From: Felis catus | Lineage: Eukaryota | Length of the DNA: 64,000 nucleotides | Reading direction: 5' to 3' | Assembly: GCF_018350175.1 (NCBI RefSeq) | Contig: NC_058368.1 | Location: forward strand, 182,592,001 to 182,656,000 | Shown here: positions 37,400 to 50,891 of the stretch, in pieces | Numbering within the stretch: position 1 is the stretch's first letter | How the letters are laid out: each line of letters opens with the position of its first letter | Position numbers and translations under genes: made by a program | The notes under the pieces: model-generated | Database searches by the model: none | Seen by the model: only the letters and a program-made list of their open reading frames with translations | Told to the model about the DNA's origin: nothing

Positions 37400-40300
37400 G
37401 ATGTACATACTATATGTTAACTTTCTTCATGCATCACCCCATTTAATCCTTAATACATTCTAAAAGTGACATATCATTATTATATTCATTTACCAGTTGA
37501 GGTTTAGGAAGATGAAGTGATTTGTCCAAACTCGTGCAAATATTAATTACTAAATTCAGGTTGCACAGTTAAGTGCACCTGACTGCAATACTCGTGATTG
37601 TAACACTTCTCATCATATTTCCCAGATTAACAGGATTTGAACCAAGAGAGTAAAATTGAGATTATGTAGACGAGAGGAGAAATACAGACTAGGAAGTACT
37701 TGTAGGAATAGCCAGCAAAGAATTGCGGATGATTCAAAGTTTTGAATTAAGTATATAAATGTAGTACCATTAAAAGAATACAGAAGAGAAGATTAAGGAA
37801 GGGAAAGCTTTATATATTGTACTACAATAATCTAGTACATTCTTGGAGTTTCATGAATGTACAATTTTTTCTTGTGCTCTTTAATCAGGTGTTAATTATA
37901 GTATGGGACAAAAATACTAATTTATGAGTGTTACCGGCCTTTTCTTGTAACCTCGCAAAAAAGGTTTTTGGCTTTATGCTTTCTGATTTTTTTCACTCAC
38001 TATTACCCATTTGGTAGGTATCTGGGTTTGCCAGATAATTCTTCTGGACTTTTGTGATGAAGAATATAGAGGAAAGGGGTAAATATAGAAGGTTTTAATT
38101 ATTAGAAACACGAAAAGAAAATTTTAGAAACTTTTTTACAGGGCACACCATAGGATTTGAGGTATAAATGAAGAAAGGTTTTATAATACCTCTTTGCAGT
38201 GGCTATCCCCTCGGTAGGAATCAAAGAAATCCATTTTTTATGTGAGAACTCACGTGTGGCTGTGGGCCTTTGATTAGGACCCTTTGTGGTGACTAGACCA
38301 CCTGAACTGTAATTCCAACAGAGTTAAAATGAAATACCCTTTCACCCTCCACAGCAAATAAAATTATTTAAGGTGAGTAATGAAAAAAGGTAATTATTAT
38401 ACAGTGAAAATAAATACATTTTTGGTTGCAATATAATTTTGACAAAACATGGACTGTAGTAGGGTTTATGTTATCATATCCAAGGCTTAAATCAATACTA
38501 CAATTTTTGAAGCAAACCTGGAAGTTGAGTAAGAGCATCTGCCTATGAACAAGTCATGTGGAGGTATGTAAGTTTTAGAAATAAATTTGCAAACTAGTCT
38601 GTACTTAAAAAAATGAGACCCTCGTAATTTTATCCTTTCCCAAGTGTTCCTTCTCTTCTTCCTCTCTGACCCTTTTCTCATACCAAGACTTCTCCAAGCC
38701 TGTCTTCTGGACCATAAGTGAAATTGTTCATTTCTCTGAAGTAACTACAATTTATAACAATGAAGATAACCTCAAAATAGTGTCTGTAAAATATCCTTAA
38801 AAGGGCTATCATTTTTACATTTTCAAAGTGAAGTGCTTCCAAGCTAAAGTCTATGCCTCTGACCACTTCACCTACATATGAAGTTACCTCAAGGACAATA
38901 ATAGATGTTAATAGTTTGCTGACTCGCATAACATGTCTAAGATAGCTCACTGAAGTAACCCCTATGAGACCAAAGAAAGAGTCTGTCCCTAACACAAATG
39001 GCAAAGTTCACCTTTCAAGATCCAGGATACAAATATTTGAAAGTTTTAGAACGATTATCAGATCTCTACCATCAGCTGTCAAAGATTCAAAATTACCAAT
39101 GTCCATTCTCTTTGGACACTATTAAATAGTACTGAGAGTGAAAAGACATTTGCAAATCTATGTAAAAATATCATATAGGATCTAATAATCCAGCTGTTGT
39201 TTTGGCACTATAGACATAACAGCTCATAGGTGTTAGAACCTTAAAACAGAAACAGGTAGCCATCCAAGCAAAAGGGGCATTCTAGGATAGGAATTCTTAC
39301 ACAGCAGTCCATATCAGCATGTGATAATGAGCTTAATCCTTAAAAAATGACCAACCCTACCCTAAACCAACCGAAACAGATGATCTAAGTTTGTGGCTTG
39401 GGTACATAGATTTTGGAGAAAGTTTCCCATAGGATTCTGAAGGGCACCATTATTAAAAGCCATTGGGCTCCTCGAACTGAAACTGAAATTGTCCCTAAGT
39501 GAGTAAGAAGTAACATACCAACAAAGACCCCCTGATGAGACAATCTCACACTCTCACTTGGGTACCATTATTATTGTTTAAAAAATCTTTACCATGTGAA
39601 ACATTTTCAAGTTGCTTAGCTATTCCTGCTGCTGGCAGTGGATAGAAAAAGCCAGAAAAATGGTAGGAACTGTATTTTCTCACTCTGGACAACCTGCTAA
39701 TGAGGTTTATCTCAGTCCCTACATTCAGAGAGAGTACTTAATGTTCAAAAGACTTGTGAATGGGATCCATGCAGCAATCCACATGCAAAATACAACTGTG
39801 CAGAAAAATGGCATTTTTCACACTTTCAAATGAATTTGCTTCTGAAAGTCATGTGAACTCAAACCAAATTTTCTGCTCCTCTGTCCTACATGGCTGCAAA
39901 TTTGGCTGATGTGGAAATTTGCTTGAAGGTAGAATGTATTCTACCTACTACATTCTTTTCACAACTCATATTCAGATATATTTTTGCTTCTATCATTTCT
40001 TAGTAAGGTGTGTTAAGGTTCACCTTCTCAGTCATTTAGAATTCCCTGCTATACATTTGTAAATTGCTACCAGTATTAGTGGCAATTAAGTTTCTTATCA
40101 ATATTTTTAATTTACTTTAATTCCTTTTACATAATCTTTCACAACATTTTGTGGTTTTTAGAAATTACTTCAAAATCACATCCAGTAATATTTCTCAAGA
40201 GGTTATTCATATAATTATTGCCATGGTCCATACTGTCATATTCAAAATATTCTATCAGAGAAACATAGATACAATTCAATGATATCTTTCAATAAATGTG

Positions 40301-41760
40301 TTAAGATTAAACTCACGAATTCCCTAACCAGCATGCATAGTAAAATTATCTTTCTTTCAACACATTTATAAGAATATCATATTTATGAATATATAAATAT
40401 ATACTCAAATTCATGTAACTACCGTGTCTATCTTTTATCTTGTACCTTAGCTCCAAAATTTGATTCTCAATCCCTTGTCACCAATCTCAAGTTTTGAATT
40501 GTACCATTTTATAGAAATTTGAATGTTTAAATTTTATATGAATGTTTAACAGATTAAGGTAATCATGCACATAATATAAATATAATGACAAACAAGAGTA
40601 GCAGTGAACTTGGAAAATGTAGAATAAATTTCACTTTTCTTTCCATTTGCTACTAGCCAGCTTTACAAGCAGGGTGGTTTTCAACTTACGTTCTTTTCTT
40701 GCTAGTCATTGAAATTTGAATATTTTCATTGCATAACATGTTTTCAGATCTTGAACGAGGTCAATACCCTCTATAAATAAGGTTGTATGTAGGAAAGATA
40801 CAAAAGACTTTTTTGTCTCTATCTGTTCATACCATATTTATATTTAAATTAATAAAAGAGTTTCCAGTAACTAGCAAATAAAACCTTCGTTCTAAATATC
40901 ATAAAAACCTTTCTCTGTTTTTTTGTTTGTTTGCTTGCTTGCTTGCTTTGTTTTTGTTTTTGTTTTCTCTTTCATTGGGATGACTATCATACTATATTAG
41001 GATGGAGTGGGATTGTTAGGACAGAGTTTAGATAATTACTGTAACTTTGGTAAGTAGCAAGGTTTTATTACAGTTTCCTTAAATTACTCTGGGCCATTGA
41101 ATGACTTCTAAGTTGAGGTTAATGCCAAGAGGACATCAAAATAGCCCAAGATTCCACTGACCAAATTATTTCCCCCTGTCTTATTACCAATTTATGTTAC
41201 TCAAAGGCTTTCAGGAGAAGAGGTGAAGAGAATGTTTGGAAGAAGTAGAAGACAAACCCATGCTAAGTGATTGACAAGTAGTTAGTTCTCTAAGTTCTAC
41301 CACAAATGTGCATGGGCTATTCTTGTTGGTCTTTGAGTCTCCCTCTTACTAATTTTGGTTAATCATTTTGGAAACTTTCACCTAAATGGAATTTGTGATT
41401 TAAAATCTTGCCATTTTTTGTATATTTTTAAATTATCTAGTCACTCAAAAGCACTTGTCCTTCTTGTTAAGTACTAAAATTCTTCAAGTATTGTTGTATT
41501 TAACTTACTTTTCTAATAATCTGTGAAAATGGAAATATAAAAATCTAAAACATTGAAATAAATTGGTAACTTATAAATATGAATGTTTTATCCAACAGTA
41601 GGTCATAATTGAAGAGTTGTGTGGAGGTTTTCAGAATGAACAGAGCTCTGGAATACTCTACTGATGGGGAGGGAACAAAATACATAATTTCAGGGCCTTT
41701 CCAATTATGCCTGGGGAAGTCCTGCAAAAACTGTTGCTGACGTTAAAGTAAAACAGAGAT

Positions 41761-44656
41761 GAGGGAGCTAAAATGGCAGTGTAGTAGGAGGACCCTAGGC
41801 TTGTCTTGTCCCTTGAACACAACTAGATAACCACCAAATCATTCTGAATACCTCAAAAATCAACCTGAGGACTGACTAAACAAACTACACAACTAGAGGG
41901 AGAGAGGAGGCTCCACTGAGGAAGGTAGGAAGTGCAGAAACATGGTTTGGGGGAGAACCGGACTGCAGGTGCTGCAGAAGGGAGGGAGCCATGGTTGCAG
42001 AGAAAGGAGAGAGACAGAGAGAGAAGCATACAGGGGATCACAAAAGGTGAACACTTCACCAAAACCACTGGCTGGGATAATGAGAGGGACTGATTTTTGT
42101 GAGTTTTTGCAATCAGTGGGTTTTAAAGACTGGAGTTTTAAAGGTCAGAGGGTTTGGCTGGGATAGAGCCCTGAGGGCACTCCCCTACTTCTCCGGAGAA
42201 GGCAGACAAGGAACCCCAGGGCAGGCGACAGGATCTGAGGATCACCTGGGGCCAACAGTGTGGGAGATTATTTGCTTTCCTTGGAGCATATCTCTGAGAG
42301 GCAGAGTTCAGGGAGACAGCTCTCCAGGGACACAGTAGCCCATGGGAGCTACCCCCCTCCTCCATCCTTTGGCATAAATGCAGAACCACCAGCAAAGGGG
42401 AGCTTGGTCCTGACACTGGCTGCCCAGCTTGCTTGCTCCAGGTCCTACACCTCTGCGCTCTGGCACAACTGTCCTTCTGTGTCAAACCTGCATCTGTCCC
42501 AGTGTGGCAAGACTCTCCCCCAGAAGACCAGTGCAGCCTCCCCCACATACCATGTCCCAAAATCCTGGAGTTTCAAAAGTCAGCAGGCTTGGCTGGAATA
42601 GGGCCTGGAGGGCACAGCACTGATCCTGGAGAGAGGGCAGGAAAACAATCCAGAGGCAGACAGCATGGAAATGGCAATCTGAAAAACACCTGGAGACCTG
42701 GAAGGATAATTCACTCTTCTTGGAGTGCTTCCCTGAGAGCATGGGCATGGGGACTCATCTCTGGGGACAAAGGATCTGGCTGGTACCATTTCCCTTCCTG
42801 CCCCTCAGCATAAACACAGAGCCACCTGTGAGAAGCAACAGAGAGCCAATGCTGGCTGCCTAACCTGTTTATTCCAAATTCCACACCCTTGTGCTCTGCC
42901 CATTCTGTCCTTCTCGGTCAAGTTTGCTTCAGTCCCCACACAGCAGGCCCCTTCCCTAGAAAGAGCAGCAAAAACTCCTTTCCACACCACATCTCCTGAC
43001 CAGACAGTTCTGAGACCTTCAGTATTAGTAGAAGTAGTATCCAGTCTTATGTAACAAGCGGACCAGAGCCCATCTAGTTAAAACTCACCACATTCTGGCC
43101 AAGGACAAAACATTGCCCGCTGCAGGCAAGGAGAGACTCTGGAGATGACTGGCCTGAAGGACAGAGCAGCCAAAACACAACAGCAGAGTGCACACAGCAC
43201 CCACCAGCCACTCACTGAAGCACAAGGCTCTGGACACTGTATGACTTCTTCTTCATGAAGCGATTACTCTCAAGAGTAGGAAACATAACAGGCTTTCTTA
43301 ACACACAGAAGACAACAGAAACTTAGATAAAATGTCAAGATGGAAGAAGTGACCCCAAATGAAAGAACAATATAAAGTCATAGCCAGAGATCTAAGCAAA
43401 ACAGATATAAGTAACATGCCTGATGGATATAAAGAAACAATCATAAGAATATGAAACATGAGAACAGACTTAGGGAACTCAGTGACTCCATCAAATGTAA
43501 TAACATACACATTATAGGAGTCCCTGAAGAATAAGAGAGAGAAAAACAAACAAAAGAAACAAACAAAAGACTCTGAATAGCCAAAGCAATCTTGAAAAAG
43601 GAAAGCAAAGCTGGAGGCATCACAATTCTATGCTTCAAGCTGTATTACAAAGCTATAGTCATCAAGACAATACGGTACTGGCACAAAAATAGACACACAG
43701 GTCAGTAGAATAGAATAGAATAGAATACCCAGAAATGAAGCCACAACTATAGGACCAATTAATCTTTGAAAAAGCAGGAAAGAATATCCAATAGAAAAAA
43801 GACAATCTCTTCAACAAATGGTGTTGGGACAACTGGACAGCAACATGCAAAAGAATGAAACTGGACCACTTTCTTACACGTACACAAAAATAAACTCAAA
43901 TGGATGAAAGACCTAAAAGTGAGACAGGAAAACATTAAAATCCTAGAGGAGAACCTCTGTGAAAACAGCTGTAGCAACTCCTATTAAAAGGGAAACAAAA
44001 GTCAAAGTAAACTACTGGGACTTTATCAAAATAAAAACCTGCACAGTGAAAGAAACAATCAATGAAACTAGAAGGCAACCTATGGAATGGGTGAAGATAG
44101 TTTTTTGCAAATGACGTATTGGATAAAGGGTTAGTATCCAAAATTTATAAAGAACTTATCAAACTCAACACCCAGAAAACAAATAATTCATTTAAGAAAT
44201 GGGCACATGTCATGAATAAATATTTTTCTAAAGAAGACATCCAGATGGCTAACAGCCAAATGACAAAATGATCAACATCACTTATTATCAGGGAAATAGA
44301 AATAAAAACTACAATGAAATATCACCTCACACTTGTCGGAATGCCTAAAATTAACAACACAGGAAACAAGAGGTGTTGCTAATGATGTAGAGAAAGGGTA
44401 ACCTTCCTGCACTGTTGATGGGAATGCAAACTGGTGCAGCCACTCTGGAAAACAGTATGGAGGATCCTCAAAAAATTGAAAATAGAACTACCCTATGATC
44501 CAGCAATTGCACTACTAGATATTTACCCAAAGGATAGAAACATACAGATTCAAAGTGATGCAAGCACCCTGATGTTTACAGCAGCATTATCAACAATAGC
44601 CAAACTATGGAAAAAGCCCAAATGTCCATTGACTGATAAATTGATAAAGAAGATGT

Positions 44657-44704
<48 letters not shown>

Positions 44705-45112
44705 GGAATACTACTCAGCCATCGAAAAGAATGAAATCTTGCCATTTGCAACACTGTGGATGGAGCCAGAGTGTATTATGCTAAGCAAAGTAAGTCAGAC
44801 AAACACAAATACAGTACATGTGACTTCCCTTTTGTGTGGAATTTAAGAAACAAAACAGATGACCATACGGGAGAGGGGAAAAAAGAGAGGAAACAAACCA
44901 TAAAAATTCTAACAACAGAGACAAAACCGAGGGTTGATGGAGGGAGATGGGGGGATGGGCTGGATGGGTGATGGATATTAAGGAGGGCACTTGTTATGAT
45001 GAGCACTGGGTGTTGTATGTAAGTGATGAATCACTGACTTCTATTCCTGAAACCAATATTGCACTGTATGTTAACTAACTAGAATTTAAATAAAAATTTG
45101 AAAAGAAAAAAA
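41761..45112 (+). mobile_element. Carnivore L1 with 5' UTR, deleted ORF1/ORF2 and 3' UTR
   Basis: 5' end gagggagctaaaatggc; ORF1 ATG at 43332 and the motif ENRLRELSDSIKCNNIHIIGVPEE; jump near 43560 to ORF2 [35 protein letters not shown]-tail near 45090-45112. Confidence 0.93.
44658..44701. repeat. (TG)n microsatellite inside L1
   Basis: About 21 TG units. Confidence 0.97.
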
Positions 45113-45930
45113 AGCGGTATGGAGTTTCCTCAGAAAGCTAAAATAGAACCGTCTTATGATTCAGCAACTTCACTACCAAGTATTTACTCAAAGGACACAA
45201 AAATACTAATTAAAAGGGTTATATGCACCCCGATGTTTATAGCAGCATTATGAACAACAACCAAATTATGGAAAGAGCCCGAATGTCCATTGACTAATGA
45301 ATGGATAAAGATGGGGTATATATACACAATGGAATATTAGTCATAAAAATGAATGAAATCTTACCATCTGCAATGACATGGATGGAGGTAGAGAGTACTA
45401 TGCTAAGCAAAATAAGTAAATTGCAAAAATACAAATAGCATATGATTTCATTCATATGTGGAATTTAAGAAATAAAACAAATGAATATGGGTGGGGGAGA
45501 GGGGCAAATCAAGAAACAGACTCATGTTTTTAATGTTTATTTATTTTTGAGAGAGAGAGAGAGAAAGAGAACGACTGGAAGAGCAGCAGAGAGAGGGAGA
45601 CACAGAATCCAAAGCAGGCTCTAGGCTCTGAGCTATCAGCCCAGAGCCCCATGTGGGGCTCAAACTCATGAACTTCAAGATCAAGCCCTGAACTAAAGTT
45701 GGATGCTTAACTGACTAAGCCACCCAGGCACCCTCCGACAAACAAACTGATGGTTACCAGAAGGGAGCTGGGTAGGGGATGGGTTAAATAGGTGATGGGT
45801 GTTAAGAAGGGTGCTTGTTATGATGAGTACCCAGTGTTGGAATTAAGTGTTGAATCACTAAATTCTACACCTGTTTTCACTATTACATTGTATGTTAACT
45901 AATTGGAATTTAAATAAAAACTTGAAAAAA
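45113..45930 (+). mobile_element. Second carnivore L1 3' end in tandem
   Basis: Repeats the ORF2 end and 3' UTR (gtatggagtttcctc...tgtatgttaactaattggaatttaaataaaa). Confidence 0.92.
45526..45734 (-). mobile_element. Can-SINE inside L1 3' UTR
   Basis: aatgtttatttatttttgagagag...taagccacccaggcaccc; no clear TSD. Confidence 0.93.
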
Positions 45931-46432
45931 AAAGTAAAATAGAAACTTGAAAAAAAATGTACCACAAAATGGAGAATAAGTAAAAACAAAAAGACAGTTG
46001 ACTTTAAATAATAGAAATAAAACATAAATATCATATCTAAGATCAAAAAGGATGAAGGTGAAGAAAACAAAACTTTATTTTTCAATCACCAATAAATTAT
46101 TTCTAAAAGCCCTTTCAATCAAAAGGGATTAGTACTATCAGTACTATTAATACTATTTAGCAAAAGGGATTCTTCTTTACACTATGAAGCAAAAGCCAAA
46201 ATATTGAATATCAAAAATTTAATGCTTAATGGATACTCAATACTGATCTGAAAAAAATGTTAAGTGGTTGCTTACACATACAAGTAACACTCATTTTTGG
46301 TAATTCTATTGTGATATCATCACCAATTTGCTAGATAATTTTTATAAAATGAATTTAATAAAATATTTTAACTTCAGTACTTAAATTTATTTTCAAAGGA
46401 TCACATATAATAACTTTTACTTATTTACTGAC

Positions 46433-47620
46433 TGTAGAGGCTTGAATAGTGTTCCCAAAAAGACACGTCCAAGTCTTAACCCCTACTATCTGTGAATGTG
46501 ACCCTATTTGGAAATACAGTCTTTGCTGATAGAATAAAAGGTCTGGAGATAAAATTACTCTGGATTTAGCAGGGCCTAAATCCAATGATTGGTATCCTTA
46601 CAAGAGAAAAGAAAAGGAGATTTAGGACAAAGAGACAGAGAGAAAGGAAAGCTGTATTAAGATCCAATTAAAGATGGAGGCAGAGATTAGAATTATAGTA
46701 AACCATGGACTGCAAGTAACTTGTTAAACGAGCAATGTCTTGCAATACGAGTAGCATGTGATGCTGAATGTCACATGATTAGAATTGAGCCAACAGTTCC
46801 CTCTCTCTCACTGAGGGATCATGGGTGATTATCTCCTATGCCTGGATCCTCAGTCTGAGGCCATGATGTCTGGCAGAAATCAGTGATTTTTCAGAGCACT
46901 GGAAGGTGCCCACAACTTACACTAGTGTATTTTTTTGTTATTTCAAAGCACTTACAGAGAGTCCTTTGATTTTCCACCCAAGAGTAAGCTTAGGAATGCT
47001 TTGCTTCATTCTAGGTCAGACGGCCTGCAGATATAGACCCTTTCCTCTGCTGCCTTATTGCCAGTTACATTTACTACAGTAGATGACAAGAGGTTATTAA
47101 TACTGTACTGTAGTCAACATCTTTTAGTTATAGTGAAAGTTGTCCTACACAATAACCCTCCTTTCTCTTGTCTCCCTCACACCAGCCATGAAGGCTTTCA
47201 AAGGTAAGCATGGGTTAATTCATTTTTCTTTATATTTTGTATTTTATTATTTTATAGTATATTACAGTATTGTAATCATTTTTATATGAATATTTTTGGG
47301 TTGTGGAACGAATCATCTGAGTTTCCATTATTTCTTATGGGGAAATTCACTTTGATATACAAGTGCCTTGGATTACAAGAATTTTCCTGGAATCAATTAT
47401 GTTTGCATACCAAGGTTTTACTGTATATTATACAGCTACAAGGCAGGGAATGCCAAGGTTTCCAGAAACAACAGAAACTAGGAGAAAAGCATGGAATAGC
47501 TTCTCCCTCAGAAACTTCAAAAAGAACTAACACTTGAGCACTATGAAAGAACAAATTTCAGTTGCATAAAGCCACCAAGTTAATGGCACTTTGCCACTGT
47601 AGCCCTAGGAAACTAATACA
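46433..47620 (+). mobile_element. MaLR solo LTR (MLT1C/D-like) split by a DNA transposon
   Basis: tgtagaggcttgaatagtgttcccaaaag...gcagagattagaatta | cagctacaagg...gccctaggaaactaataca. Confidence 0.85.
46696..47423. mobile_element. Non-autonomous Tc1/mariner-pogo (Tigger-like) DNA transposon
   Basis: Imperfect TIRs: left tagtaaaccatggactgcaa, right reverse complement cagtaaaaccttggtatgcaa; flanking TA on both sides; cleanly interrupts the MLT1. Confidence 0.8.
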
Positions 47621-47947
47621 ATGATATATAAGTAAGTGTTAATAGCCTGGTATTCTGCTTGTTAAATCACATTCTCATCACAGGTGAAGTTATCAGGGAA
47701 TGGATAGCTCCAGCTTGTATTTATACTTAAGAGGGTTATAAGTGTTAAACTGGGATCCTTTAGGTTGTCTTCAGAGTTTTTATTGAGAGTAGACCAGGTG
47801 CACAGTTTGGATTTTACCCTCACTCTACTGGTAATCAAAGGAAAACTACAAATTTCAGTCATTTGGCTAAGGCAAAGAAGATCCTGGTACTAAAAGTGAA
47901 AAATCCCAGTGCATGTCTCCATTTTAAAAATTTCTTTTCCACTATGA

Positions 47948-47987
47948 GTGCGCACGCACACGCACGCGCGCACACACACACACACAC
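47948..47987. repeat. (CG)/(CA) alternating purine-pyrimidine tract
   Basis: gtgcgcacgcacacgcacgcgcgcacacac... Confidence 0.9.
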
Positions 47988-48001
47988 TGGAAAATAATTT
48001 T

Positions 48002-48218
48002 TTTTTTATTTTTTTAACATTTATTTATTTTTGAGACAGAGAGAGACAGAGCATGAACAGGGGAGGGGCAGAGAGAGAGAGAGACACAGAATCTGAAACA
48101 GGCTCCAGGCTCTGAGCTGTCAGCACAGAGCCCGACGCGGGGCTCGAACTCACGGACCGTGAGATCATGACCTGAGCTGAAGTCAGACGCTTAACCGACC
48201 AAGCCACCCAGGCACCCC
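48002..48218 (-). mobile_element. Young Can-SINE
   Basis: Perfect TSD tggaaaataatttt (47988-48001 / 48219-48232); CpGs retained. Confidence 0.97.
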
Positions 48219-48239
48219 TGGAAAATAATTTTAAACAGT

Positions 48240-49102
48240 GTCAAAGATATCAACCTAAGAAAATGTATAACAAGTGATGTACAAGGCACATAAGACCCTA
48301 AAATGTTTTTGAGCTAGTTTAGACCAAAAGAAAATAAGTGTAAAGAAATACTATCTATGTTCATGGATTAAAAAAATATTCCATATTAAAATGATATTGC
48401 TCATACCAGTTTGTATGTCGATTCAATGTAATCCCAAACAAAATCCCAACAGTTTTCTCTTTCTCTCTGTGTATGTGTGTGTATGTGTGTATGTGTGTAT
48501 ATGTTTGAATGTGTATGTGCATGTGAACCTGTTCAAGTTAATTCTAAAATTTATATAAAAATATAAAGGGCCAATAGCCAAAACAGCCTCGAGCAGGGCA
48601 GGAAGAAGAAAGAGCTGCTCTATTGCATATCAAGACTCATTAAGAAGCTACTATAGCTAAGACATTTTGGTATTTGTTTACTTTTCATATATACCAATGG
48701 AACATTATTAGAACATTTAGAAAAGATCTACATCTTTAGGAACACTTGATTTATGATGAAGGTGGCATTGCAGAGTAGTGAGGAAAAGTCAGTTATTTCC
48801 ATAAATGGTGTTTCGATTATATCTTTATATGGAAATACAAAATTAAATTTGACTCCTACTTCACTCTATGCACAATGATGAATTCCAAGTGGACTGTAAA
48901 CTTCTATTTGAAAGGCACAGCGAGCCTAGGTGGCTCAGTTGGCTAAGTGTCCTACTCTTGATTTGGGCCCAGGTCATGATCTCATATTTCATAGGATCGA
49001 GCCCCACTGTCGGGCTCCACAATGCACTGAGAGCACAAAGCCTGCTTGGGATTCTCTCTCTTCTTCTCTCTCTGTCCCTTTTCCGCTTGTGCACATGCAC
49101 AT

Positions 49103-49141
<39 letters not shown>

Positions 49142-50235
49142 GAAAAAGAAATAAAATTTAAAAAAAAAGTAAGGCACAAAAATATGCTTCCAAATGATAA
49201 TATTCAAAGAATATTTTTATGGTCTTAAAGAGTAGGGAAGGAGTTTTTAAATGGTAAGTGCTAACTGTAAACAAAAGATTGATAAATTAAACTACATTAC
49301 ATTAAACTTTTATTTGTCAGAAGATATCATCAAGAAGATAAACTACAGAATGGGAAAATATATCCATAAAATAAAATTGATAATGTATCAGTATTGAAAA
49401 AAAAGACATACAATCTAAAAGAAAAAAAAAAGATCAAGTGATTTGTATGATACTTCACACACAGAAAAAGGATAATACACATATACAAATGTGATTAAGA
49501 CTCATTACCAATTAGGGAATTGTAATTTAAAATAAAAATAGAATGTCACCCTATACCTATCAGAGTAAAACAAGAAGAGTCACAAGACGTAGTGTTGGAG
49601 ATGAGAAACACCTGGAACTCATACACCATTTGTACCATTGTACATGGATAGAGCCACTTTGGAAAGCTGTTTGATATATTTGTAAAGTTTAACAAATATT
49701 CTATGACCCAGTAACTGTCTAACTGAAATATATTTACATGTGCCCAAAAGCCATTTAACAAGAGTATTCATAAGATAGATAGGTAGACAGATATAGGTAT
49801 TCAGTTCTCTGTGCAAAAAACGAAAGCTAGAGAAAACTCAAATGTCCATCTGCACTAAGATTGATAAATAGTGTATTCACACAATACTCTTATATTTTAA
49901 AGTATACTTCAAGGAAAATAACTGAAATATTGTTATATGCAGTAACATGGATAAGCCACCTAAACATAATGTTGAGCAAATAAGTCAGACACAAAAAAAC
50001 AACGTGCATATGATTCCATTTATATAAAGCTCAACAGGAAGTGAACTAAACTAGAGTTAGAAGTTGGCATTGTCTACTTTTAGAAAAGAAGAAGGGGACA
50101 ATAACTAAGATGACAGATTCCAGAACACTGGCAACATCCTATATTTTGATCAACATGGTGGACACATGGGTAGTCACTATGTGACAATTCATTGAAATAT
50201 ATGCTTATCAGTGTTTTCTATTATAATTAAAGAAA
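48240..50235 (+). mobile_element. Old L1ME-like ORF2 3' half and 3' UTR
   Basis: Degenerate ORF2 motifs (ctatgttcatggatt, attcaatgtaatccca, cttgatttatgatgaaggtggcattgca, atgattccatttatataaagctc). Confidence 0.8.
48920..49168 (+). mobile_element. Can-SINE (older)
   Basis: gcctaggtggctcagttggctaagtgtcc head, (CT)n tract, tail; TSD aaggcaca. Confidence 0.92.
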
Positions 50236-50349
50236 CATATAAAAGATTGGAAAAATATATAGAGTAAACCCAAACCAAAGGAAACTAGTATAGTTTTCTT
50301 AACATCAGACAAAACACATTTTAAGGCAACTGGAATAACTAGAAAGAAA
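50146..50349 (+). repeat. About 200-bp duplicated L1 junction, copy 1
   Basis: Colinear with 51733-51927. Confidence 0.9.
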
Positions 50350-50693
50350 GAAGAGATACTTGCTTTTGTATACGTTACACTTGAAGTATGTATTATGCCT
50401 TCAAGTAGAAATGTTAAAAAGCCAGCCAGATATACCATTTGGAATTTATGTCAGAAGCTAGTGTAAGAACTTCCAACCAAGTGTTGGGGGCCACCAGCTA
50501 GTCATGGGACTAGATGAGATCTGCCAGGGCAGAAACTGTATCAGGATAAAAGTCTGATATTAAAGCAGTGGGGATATAGGTTGTTAAAAAACGAAGTGAG
50601 AAATGAGGTAAAATTACCCAGCCTTCCCCATCCATCAGCAAATAGAGTGCATTTGTCCCAAGTTTTGCTAACAGTTTCACTCAGACAACTTTT

Positions 50694-50891
50694 TTAAAAA
50701 ATATATATATTTCTAAAGTTTATTCATTTATTTTGAGAGAGACAGAGACAGCATGAGTGGGAGACAGAGAATCCCGAGCAGGCTCTGTGCTGGCAGAGAT
50801 GTGGGGCCCAAACAGATGAAGCTGTGAGATCATGACCTGAGCCAAAACCAAGAGATGGACACTTAACAGACTGAGCGACCTAGACATCCCC
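50694..50891 (-). mobile_element. Can-SINE (older)
   Basis: TSD actcagacaactttt (50679-50693) / acttagacaactttt (50893-50907). Confidence 0.92.

Noticed and set aside
38678..39004. 108-aa minus-strand ORF in unique DNA
   Set aside because: Non-ATG start, no recognisable domain and no convincing splice context.
41853..42990. Cluster of 60-140 aa overlapping ORFs
   Set aside because: GC-rich L1 5' UTR gives long chance ORFs; no recognisable protein.
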